Shown piece by piece: positions 9,909 to 17,072 of a stretch of DNA of 32,426 bases. The translations under genes and the position numbers were made by a program. The notes under the pieces are model-generated. The model saw nothing but the letters and a program-made list of their open reading frames with translations, was not told the origin of the DNA and ran no database searches. This DNA comes from an uncultured Eubacteriales bacterium (GTDB taxonomy: Bacteria; Bacillota; Sulfobacillia; Fermentithermobacillales; Fermentithermobacillaceae). The stretch spans positions 1-32,426 of the forward strand of contig CAYPVF010000005.1 in NCBI GenBank assembly GCA_964414105.1. Reading direction: 5' to 3'. Each line of letters starts with the position of its first letter. Position 1 is the stretch's first letter.

Positions 9909-10892
9909 TCACCTCCCGGCGGCGATACGTTTCGCCGCGACATCATGCTCATAGCCGTAGTATTTCGGCACGACAAATCTATCTATGAGCGGGGTGACCA
10001 GATTCATGAACAAAATACCGTAGGTAACTCCCTCCGGGTACCCACCCCAAAGCCTAATGATTAAAGTGATGAAACCCGCTCCAATCCCCATGTACAGCCT
10101 GCCTTTGGGGGTAACGGGTGAAGTTACATAATCGGTGGCCATAAAGAAGGCGCCCAACACCGCGCCGCCCAAAAGTAAGGCTGTGACTCCATCACCCTTG
10201 AACAACTGCCCTGATTTGCCAAATACCAATGTTCCTAAAAACAAGGTTCCCAGAAACCCGATAGGGGTCTGGAAATCGATAACCTTTCGCCAAACCAAAT
10301 ACAGACCGCCCAAAATGAGCGCCAGGATACAGGTCTCCCCCAAAGAGCCCGCCCTTTTTCCTATGAGAAGGTCCATTACACCGGGCATTGTACCGACACC
10401 TGTCCCTTTAAAAACTGCCAGCGGAGTGGCGCCGGACAGTGCGTCGGCAGTTACAGGGTTCAGCCAATCCTGAGTCATTTGCATGGGGTACGCGGCCAAA
10501 AGAAAGGCCCTGCCCGCAAGAGCAGGATTTATAAAGTTGCAGCCCAAGCCGCCAAAAATCTGCTTTGCTATTACAATGGCAAACACAGACCCCACCACAG
10601 GAACATAAAGCGGCACCCCGGGGGGAAGCGTCATCGCTAAAAGAAGCCCCGTGATTACCGCCGAGTAATCGTTTATGGTAATTTGGCGCCCTACCGCCCT
10701 CTCATACAAAGCCTCCGCCAAAACCGCGGATACGGTAGACACAAGCAGTACTAAGAAAGCCTTTACGCCGAAAAACACAACCGCTACCACGCAAGCGGGT
10801 AAAAGGGCGATAACTACATCCCGCATTATCCCTTTTACCGTATTGGGGCTTTTCATATGTGGAGACGGCGTTATTATAAGCTTTTCTCCCAT
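9909..10892 (-). CDS. rnfD: Rnf complex subunit D (FMN-binding membrane subunit)
   Basis: 327-aa polytopic protein carrying the SGATPL motif (ADALSGATPLA). This motif contains the Thr that is flavinylated in RnfD/NqrB. Confidence 0.85.
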   Translation of the reverse strand: MGEKLIITPSPHMKSPNTVKGIMRDVVIALLPACVVAVVFFGVKAFLVLLVSTVSAVLAEALYERAVGRQITINDYSAVITGLLLAMTLPPGVPLYVPVVGSVFAIVIAKQIFGGLGCNFINPALAGRAFLLAAYPMQMTQDWLNPVTADALSGATPLAVFKGTGVGTMPGVMDLLIGKRAGSLGETCILALILGGLYLVWRKVIDFQTPIGFLGTLFLGTLVFGKSGQLFKGDGVTALLLGGAVLGAFFMATDYVTSPVTPKGRLYMGIGAGFITLIIRLWGGYPEGVTYGILFMNLVTPLIDRFVVPKYYGYEHDVAAKRIAAGR

Positions 10893-10921
10893 GAGTTACC
10901 CTCCGTCCTACCTCTTCGCAG

Positions 10922-12274
10922 TTAACGAGAGGCCTGAGCTCTCCTTCTGGCCGTTATTTCTTGTTTGGCCAGTTTGATGTGTTGCACCAACGGTCTTTTT
11001 GAGGGACATTCATACGTGCAAGCCCCGCATTCACAACAATCCATTACTCTAAACTTTTCAGCGTCATCCAGGTACCCGTGTTCTGCCGAAGCGGCCATCC
11101 ACACTGGCATAAGGTGCATTGGACATACCTCCACACACTTGCCGCACCGAAGACAAGGCTGAACTTGTTCGTCTTTTGACTGCTCTCTTGTGAGAACCAG
11201 AATCCCGGAAGTGCCTTTCATAATTGGGGAATCGAGATCTCGGATAGAGGGCCCCATCATAGGTCCGCCCATAACAACCTTGCCGGGAGTACCTGAAAAA
11301 CCGCCGGCCTTTTCAAGGAGATATGAAACCGGCGTACCGATCAATGCCCTAAAGTTTGAGGGCTCTTTTATGCCTTCTCCGGTTACAGTCACGATTCTTT
11401 CCACCAAAGGCATCCCTGTTTTCACGGCATTGGCCAAAGCCTTCGCTGTCCCTACGTTTGAAACGATAACCCCCACATCTAAAGGAAGACCGGGCGGGGG
11501 CGGAACCTGCCTGCCCAAGACGATGTGTATGAGCTGTTTTTCTCCCCCGCTTGGATACAACGTGGGAAGAACAGCCAACTCCAGTTCAGGATAGGGTTCC
11601 ATAGCCTTCTTCATGGCCGAAACGGCTTCCGCTTTGTTATCTTCTATGCAGACAATTCCTCTGTCTACTCCACTGGCCTTCATTAAAGCTCTGAAGCCGA
11701 AAATAACATCGTCCGGCTCTTCCATCATCAAGCGTTCATCAGCCGTCAAATACGGCTCGCACTCGATCCCATTAAGAAGATATACATCGATCTTCTTATC
11801 GGGAGGAGGTGTTAGCTTTACGGCAGTGGGAAAGGCTGCGCCGCCCAAACCCACAATGCCCGAATCCCTGGTAAGTTTCACTAGATCTTCTTTGGATATT
11901 TCGTCTAGCGACTTTGCTTTAGGCACTACCGACTCGTGCAGCTCATCTTTGCCGTCGGGTTCAATTACTATAGCATCCGCTAGCCGCCCTAAAACCGGTT
12001 GGTATCTTTGTTCAACACTTTTGACTTTACCCGATGTCGGAGCGTGAATCGGAGCGCTGACTGCCCCCCTCGCTTCGGCTATGATCTGACCCTTCTTTAC
12101 CGGATCTCGTGCCTTAACTAAAGCATTCGCAGGTGCGCCGATATGCTGTGAAAGGAAAAGACAAAGCTCCTTGGGCGCGCCCACGGACACTACAGCAGCC
12201 CCAGACGAAAACTCTTTTTTGTCCGGTACCTTTACTCCTCCGTAACCACGCTTAAGATTGACCACCCGCACCAC
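10922..12274 (-). CDS. rnfC: Rnf complex subunit C
   Basis: 450 aa with a GLGGAAFPT nucleotide/FMN-binding region and two C-terminal 4Fe-4S motifs (CLRCGKCVEVCP, CCECGACTYECP). The start is GTG at 12274, or GTG at 12265 which has better spacing from GAGGTG. Confidence 0.85.
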   Translation of the reverse strand: MVRVVNLKRGYGGVKVPDKKEFSSGAAVVSVGAPKELCLFLSQHIGAPANALVKARDPVKKGQIIAEARGAVSAPIHAPTSGKVKSVEQRYQPVLGRLADAIVIEPDGKDELHESVVPKAKSLDEISKEDLVKLTRDSGIVGLGGAAFPTAVKLTPPPDKKIDVYLLNGIECEPYLTADERLMMEEPDDVIFGFRALMKASGVDRGIVCIEDNKAEAVSAMKKAMEPYPELELAVLPTLYPSGGEKQLIHIVLGRQVPPPPGLPLDVGVIVSNVGTAKALANAVKTGMPLVERIVTVTGEGIKEPSNFRALIGTPVSYLLEKAGGFSGTPGKVVMGGPMMGPSIRDLDSPIMKGTSGILVLTREQSKDEQVQPCLRCGKCVEVCPMHLMPVWMAASAEHGYLDDAEKFRVMDCCECGACTYECPSKRPLVQHIKLAKQEITARRRAQASR

Positions 12275-12331
12275 CTCATCGCTTATTCACATGGCTTTCG
12301 ACCTGCCAGTCCATGACTACACACACCCATC

Positions 12332-12361
12332 ATTCTAGATGTTTTACACGTCTTTCGTCAA
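12332..12361 (-). promoter_or_regulatory. Candidate sigma-A promoter of the rnf operon
   Basis: Minus strand reads TTGACG (12361-12356), an 18-nt spacer, then TAGAAT (12337-12332), about 60 nt upstream of rnfC. Pattern match only. Confidence 0.3.
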
Positions 12362-12450
12362 ACTGTACGATATTTCACAACCTCACGTATGGATGGAACA
12401 GGTTTGGGGGTATAGGACGAGGTCTGGCCAGTAGCCTTACGCGAAGCCAT

Positions 12451-13314
12451 TTATTCAAGACTTATTTTCTTGGCCAAAACATTCACTTGTTCGAGGTATA
12501 TGCCTGTCAGATATTCAAGCTTTTCTTTAAGCGCCTTTTGGACAGTTTTCAGAACATCGAAGTAGTTTCCGCCGTGATTGAGCACAAGTTCAGCATCGAT
12601 AACCGTGCCCGCCCCCGTTGAAAACACCATAACTTTCAGAACTTTCTTCACACCATCTACCTCAAAACATACTTTTTGCGCCATTTGCATGACCACGGCG
12701 TCGGCTATAAAGAAATGCCCGAAGTAGCTGTAAGTCGGTCTTACTACAGACCTTTCGGCCGATATATACCGCCGTTCCGCTCTTGAGCGAACAAACATCT
12801 GCAAAGGGTCAACAAGATATCCGGAAAAGGTCTTCTTGACTTCAAAGGTGGGCGCCGGAATAACGTGTTTGCCTTCTTGCTTTCTTTGCCACAGCGCTTT
12901 ATGTATCTCTTCATTTGTGGCAAGATCCTTGATATCCAAATATTCTCTTGGCGGGTTCAGACCCAGCCGACCAGTTATTCGGTCCACCATCGTCACTGAG
13001 GTCCCCAGCACAAGAAGCCTTGCGGGCCGCAAAGCCGCCAAAGCTCCGCGAACTTCAGACACGTGGGAAGCTGTGGAAAAGATAGCTCTGCGAATAGCCG
13101 CCGTAGTAGTTTCCTCACGCTTTGCCGAACGCCCCGCGAGAATCCGAGAATCCGATATCAACAAACCATCATCTATAAGCGCGTCACAATCCCGTTCTTG
13201 CGCCACAGCCATGGCACGGTGAGATTTGCCTGTCCCGCTAGGCCCTACAAGCGCAACAACGTCAATCTCAGAGAACACGCGGTTGTTTTCTACTTCTTGT
13301 TTCGAAAAAGCCAC
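12451..13314 (-). CDS. Uncharacterised fusion protein: N-terminal P-loop NTPase domain plus C-terminal Asp23/Gls24-like domain
   Basis: 287 aa. Walker A (VALVGPSGTGKSH) is followed about 19 aa later by LIDDG. The C-terminal ~100 aa (FFIADAVVMQMAQKVCFEVDGVKK...VIDAELVLNHGGNYFDVLKTVQKALKEKLEYLTGIYLEQVNVLAKKI) follows the Asp23/alkaline-shock pattern. GTG start lies 6 nt after AGGAGG, inside the 3' end of the TPR gene. Confidence 0.6.
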   Translation of the reverse strand: MAFSKQEVENNRVFSEIDVVALVGPSGTGKSHRAMAVAQERDCDALIDDGLLISDSRILAGRSAKREETTTAAIRRAIFSTASHVSEVRGALAALRPARLLVLGTSVTMVDRITGRLGLNPPREYLDIKDLATNEEIHKALWQRKQEGKHVIPAPTFEVKKTFSGYLVDPLQMFVRSRAERRYISAERSVVRPTYSYFGHFFIADAVVMQMAQKVCFEVDGVKKVLKVMVFSTGAGTVIDAELVLNHGGNYFDVLKTVQKALKEKLEYLTGIYLEQVNVLAKKISLE

Positions 13315-14801
13315 GAGAGGCCTCCTTTTCTTGCTTTCTCGTTACCTTTGTCTTGGCTAATGCTGTTGACGTCCTCCTGAGTTCCGGATTCAGGCGCTCT
13401 AGGCGGAACGGTACTGTTCTTCACGTGCTCTTTCACCAAACGGAGCACTTCTTTGTCAGATTCTTTTTGGTGTTGCTCCGCCTGGGATATAAGGGACGGC
13501 CATATGTACTTAGATATAAACGCCGCATTTGATTGAGCAAAGTCCGGCTCCAGTTTTCTGCTAGCCGCCCAATGGGCTAAGCCATCTTTGTATTTTCCCA
13601 GCGCCATAGCGACGGCGCCCCTTAAAAACTCGGCCGAAGATTGAACCGGTTTGTATTCTTCTATGTTAGGAATTTTCCCAAGCTTCTCTAACAGACTGTC
13701 ACACACAGCCTCTGCCTGAGAAAACTCCCCCATGCGAAAATAAATCTCCCCTACTGCCAAGTCGGCGTCAATGGCGTTGGGCTCTGCCTTTCTCAGAGAT
13801 TCCCACCAAAAAGCCGCCCGATCCAACTCGCCCTGGCCAAATGCCGCAATGGCCAAATTGCGCATCGCGGGTACATAACGCGGTTCTATCGCCACGCAAG
13901 TCTCCCAGTAGTCGACAGCTTTTTCCAGGTCCTCTTTTTGAAAATAGGCAAGCCCAAGGTTAAAAGCGGCGAAAAGATCGTCGGGTTTTTTATCTAAAGC
14001 TGTTCCCCAAGTTTCAATAGCCTTATCCAATTGCCCCGAAGAAGCGTAGGCCTCCCCCAAAGTAGTAAGGGTTACGGTGTTGTCGGGCTCCAATTCGTAA
14101 GCCTTTGTAAACCCGGCAATAGCTTTATCGTATTCTTTCATGGCCAGTTGGCAAATGCCTATATTGAAGTACAGTCCCGGGTTATCCGACCCCAGCTTTT
14201 CCGCTTTCGACAAATAGGCCAAAGCTTCCTGGTGCTTTTGCGAGTCGGTCAAAGACGCCCCAAGGTTGTGCAAAGCCTGTAGGTTCTGAGGGTCAACTTT
14301 AAGAATCTCTTCCCATTCTGTGACGGCATCGGAGACTCTGCCTCTGGCTATGTATAATTCCCCTAACTGGCTTCTGGCTAAAACATTGCCCGGCGAAAGA
14401 GTTTTGGCCTGTTCTGTGGCTTTAATGGCCGAATCCAAGTCTCCTTTAAGGGCAAGAAGCTTCCCTAAAAAATAATGCCCGGGGCTATGTGATTTGTCTA
14501 GGGAAACCACCTTTTGAAAGCTTTCTATGGCGTTATCTATTTCTTCTGCATCGGCGTGCAAAATACCCAAATAGTATTGAGCGTCGACATTTTTCCTGTT
14601 CTTGCGCAACACACCTTGCAGGGTTTCTTTTGCCTCATCCTGCCGCCCAACCCTCATATAGGAAAGGGCTAACTGTAGCCGCACACTTTCATCGGTGGGC
14701 CTTTTCTTCGTTTCTTTTTCCAGGTTCGCGATTATCTCGTTTAGGGACTTATCGTCGACATCCACAACTAATCCCCCGTTTTCATTGTTTTTTGGTCTCA
14801 A
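13290..14801 (-). CDS. TPR repeat protein
   Basis: 503 aa made almost entirely of 34-aa TPR-like units (for example AQYYLGILHADAEEIDNAIESFQKVVSLDKSH and ALHNLGASLTDSQKHQEALAYLSKAEKLGSDN). Polar C-terminal tail ends GGLSWLFRNKK. The start is uncertain: TTG at 14801 or GTG at 14765. Confidence 0.8.
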   Translation of the reverse strand: MRPKNNENGGLVVDVDDKSLNEIIANLEKETKKRPTDESVRLQLALSYMRVGRQDEAKETLQGVLRKNRKNVDAQYYLGILHADAEEIDNAIESFQKVVSLDKSHSPGHYFLGKLLALKGDLDSAIKATEQAKTLSPGNVLARSQLGELYIARGRVSDAVTEWEEILKVDPQNLQALHNLGASLTDSQKHQEALAYLSKAEKLGSDNPGLYFNIGICQLAMKEYDKAIAGFTKAYELEPDNTVTLTTLGEAYASSGQLDKAIETWGTALDKKPDDLFAAFNLGLAYFQKEDLEKAVDYWETCVAIEPRYVPAMRNLAIAAFGQGELDRAAFWWESLRKAEPNAIDADLAVGEIYFRMGEFSQAEAVCDSLLEKLGKIPNIEEYKPVQSSAEFLRGAVAMALGKYKDGLAHWAASRKLEPDFAQSNAAFISKYIWPSLISQAEQHQKESDKEVLRLVKEHVKNSTVPPRAPESGTQEDVNSISQDKGNEKARKGGLSWLFRNKK

Positions 14802-14859
14802 AGCTGAATTTCTATCTTAAAACATATAATACCTCTTGCCGCGTCTTACCTCCAAACTA

Positions 14860-14892
14860 TTGACTAAGAGTAATCCTACTATAATAATAGGA
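14860..14892 (+). promoter_or_regulatory. Candidate promoter plus operator of the Rrf2-iscS-iscU operon
   Basis: TTGACT (14860-14865), a 17-nt spacer, then AATAAT (14883-14888). A 19-bp imperfect palindrome, TCCTACTATAATAATAGGA (14874-14892, one mismatch), overlaps the -10. Confidence 0.35.
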
Positions 14893-14908
14893 ATTGAGGA
14901 GGAGCCAA

Positions 14909-15331
14909 ATGCCATTTAGACTGTCGACCCGAGGTCAACATGCGGTGTTGCTCATGTATGAACTGGCACGCGCCGGTGATTCCCACGCGTCTTTGGCCGA
15001 AATTGCTTCGGCCCAAAATATCTCCCAAAGATATCTGGAGCAAATTGTGAGGCCGTTACGAGAAGACGGCTTGGTGATTGGCCGCAGAGGGTTTGGGGGC
15101 GGTTATGTGCTGGGTAGACCCGCTAAAAGCATAACAGTGGGGGAAATAGTGCGGGCAGTAGAGGGACCTGTAATACCCGTCAAATGTGTGTCCGATACGG
15201 ATATGCCTAAATCTTGCCCCGAAGATTGCCAGGCCAGAATGGTATGGCAAAAAGTTGGCGAAGCGATAGACTCTGTCTTGGATTCTTTTACTTTGGAAAC
15301 TTTGGCAAACCAATCACCTAAAGAACTGTAG
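14909..15331 (+). CDS. iscR: Rrf2-family transcriptional regulator, IscR-like
   Basis: N-terminal wHTH (RLSTRGQHAVLLMYELA...SLAEIASAQNISQRYLEQIVRPLREDGLV) and three clustered Cys (CVSDTDMPKSCPEDC). ATG at 14909 follows GAGGAGGAG; the track's TTG at 14894 lies inside that SD. Directly upstream of the desulfurase and scaffold genes. Confidence 0.85.
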   Translation: MPFRLSTRGQHAVLLMYELARAGDSHASLAEIASAQNISQRYLEQIVRPLREDGLVIGRRGFGGGYVLGRPAKSITVGEIVRAVEGPVIPVKCVSDTDMPKSCPEDCQARMVWQKVGEAIDSVLDSFTLETLANQSPKEL

Positions 15332-15355
15332 CCCAGTGAGAAGGGGGCCCTTTAT

Positions 15356-16531
15356 TTGAGTACACAAGTTATCGCACACGCGCGCCGCATTTATTTGGAT
15401 CATTCTGCTACAACGCCTGTTTCACCAGAAGTGCTTGAGGCGATGATGCCTTTTTTCAGCGAGAACTTCGGAAACGCTTCCAGCATCCACAAATGGGGAC
15501 AAAGGGCAAAAGCGGCTATTGAAGAAGCGCGCGGAAAAACAGCAGATCTCATTGGCGCTGCGCCGCAAGAAATCTTTTTCACATCCAGCGGCACGGAATC
15601 AGACAATTTAGCCATTAGGGGTGCGGCGGCAAAGAACCGGGGCCGCAAAAATCACATAATTACCTCGGCAATAGAGCACCACGCGGTTTTACACAGCTGT
15701 GAGGATCTTGAAAAGAACGGGTTCAGGGTAACTTACCTTCCTGTTGATAAATATGGAATGGTAGACCCCGGCGATGTCAAAAAATCCATCAGCGATGATA
15801 CCTTTTTGATTACGATTATGCACGGTCAAAACGAGGTTGGCACTATCCAGCCCATAGAAGAAATAGCGTCAATAGCCCGTTCCAAAGGGGTTCTTTTTCA
15901 CACCGATGCGGTACAAAGCGCGGGACTGTTACAGATAGACGTCAAGGATATGAACATTGATCTTCTGACATTATCGGGGCACAAAATGTACGGGCCCAAA
16001 GGTGTGGCCGCTCTTTATGTCAGAAGAGGAGTGCGGCTTGAGCCGCAGATTACCGGCGGCGCACACGAGCGCGGCCTGCGGGCGGGCACTGAAAACGTGA
16101 CGGGAATAGTGGGTTTGGGGGAGGCTTGTTACCAAGCCAAACAGAACCTGGCCCAAGAAAGCCCCCGGTTACAGGAATTGCGAGATTATTTGATATCCGG
16201 AATTCTTAGCAGCATCCCCAACACCGTGCTAAATGGGCACCCAGTGAAAAGACTTCCCCATAACGTTAACATCAGCGTGAAAAGTGTTGAAGGAGAAGCC
16301 ATGCTTTTGAACTTGGATTTGTTGGGAATCGGCGCGTCGTCTGGGTCTGCCTGCACATCCGGGTCCCTGGAACCTTCACATGTACTTTTGGCCATGGGGG
16401 TTCCCCACGAAATGGCCCACGGGTCTTTAAGGATGACGTTAGGGCAAAGCACTGCGAAGGAAGATTTAGACTACGTCATCTCCGTTTTACCCCCAATAGT
16501 AAAAAGATTAAGAGATATGTCAGCGCTGTAA
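15356..16531 (+). CDS. iscS: Cysteine desulfurase (NifS/IscS class)
   Basis: 391 aa with the PLP-lysine motif SGHKMYGPKG and the catalytic Cys loop SSGSACTSG. Confidence 0.9.
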   Translation: MSTQVIAHARRIYLDHSATTPVSPEVLEAMMPFFSENFGNASSIHKWGQRAKAAIEEARGKTADLIGAAPQEIFFTSSGTESDNLAIRGAAAKNRGRKNHIITSAIEHHAVLHSCEDLEKNGFRVTYLPVDKYGMVDPGDVKKSISDDTFLITIMHGQNEVGTIQPIEEIASIARSKGVLFHTDAVQSAGLLQIDVKDMNIDLLTLSGHKMYGPKGVAALYVRRGVRLEPQITGGAHERGLRAGTENVTGIVGLGEACYQAKQNLAQESPRLQELRDYLISGILSSIPNTVLNGHPVKRLPHNVNISVKSVEGEAMLLNLDLLGIGASSGSACTSGSLEPSHVLLAMGVPHEMAHGSLRMTLGQSTAKEDLDYVISVLPPIVKRLRDMSAL

Positions 16532-16564
16532 GTTTTTTGCGCGGGGAAAGGCGAGGGTATCATT

Positions 16565-16939
16565 ATGTACAATGACAAAGTGATGGATCACTTTTTTAAT
16601 CCCAGAAACGTGGGAGAGCTGGAAAACCCCGATGGCATTGGGGAAATGGGAAACCCCGTGTGCGGAGACATCATGCGCATAACCATTCGCGTAAAAGACG
16701 GGCGAATTGATGATATCAAATTTAAAACTTTTGGCTGCGGAGCCGCGATCGCTACGAGCTCCATGGTTACGGAATTGGTGAAAGGGCTAAAGCTGGACGA
16801 AGCCATGGCGGTTTCCAACAAGGTGGTAGCCGAGGCCTTGGGCGGGCTCCCCCCGCCGAAAATGCATTGTTCAAACCTTGCGGCTGACGCCCTTCACAAA
16901 GCCATAGAAGATTACCGCCTAAAAGCAAAAGCAGGTTAA
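16565..16939 (+). CDS. iscU: Fe-S cluster assembly scaffold, IscU/NifU N-terminal type
   Basis: 124 aa with the three scaffold cysteines in NPVCGD, FGCGAAIATSS and HCSNLAADAL. Confidence 0.9.
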   Translation: MYNDKVMDHFFNPRNVGELENPDGIGEMGNPVCGDIMRITIRVKDGRIDDIKFKTFGCGAAIATSSMVTELVKGLKLDEAMAVSNKVVAEALGGLPPPKMHCSNLAADALHKAIEDYRLKAKAG

Positions 16940-16963
16940 GCCTGTTATAATATAACCTTTCCG

Positions 16964-16995
16964 ACATGGCCGAGTTTTGGGCCATGTTCTTTTTC
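16964..16995 (+). terminator. Rho-independent terminator after iscU
   Basis: Stem ACATGGCC (16964-16971) pairs with GGCCATGT (16980-16987) around an 8-nt loop, followed by TCTTTTTC. Confidence 0.6.
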
Positions 16996-17072
16996 GCCAG
17001 AATGGAACACCTTTTGCAGGATTGGAGTCAAATTCCAAGAATACCTTTCCAACTGCGCAAATAAGAACCGGG

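Noticed and set aside
9902-9976. N-terminal extensions in the ORF track for rnfE. The same applies to pmbA (20486-20599), the amidase (16977-17072), the Rrf2 regulator (14894-14908), pyrF (27526-27561) and tsaD (27444-27470).
   Set aside because: The extensions overlap the preceding gene or a terminator, encode non-homologous sequence, and a downstream start with a properly spaced GGAGG-type SD exists in each case.
12401-12450. Terminator between the P-loop::Asp23 gene and the rnf promoter
   Set aside because: Only an 8-bp palindrome (CTGGCCAG) and no stem-loop with a T-tract, so read-through into rnf cannot be excluded.
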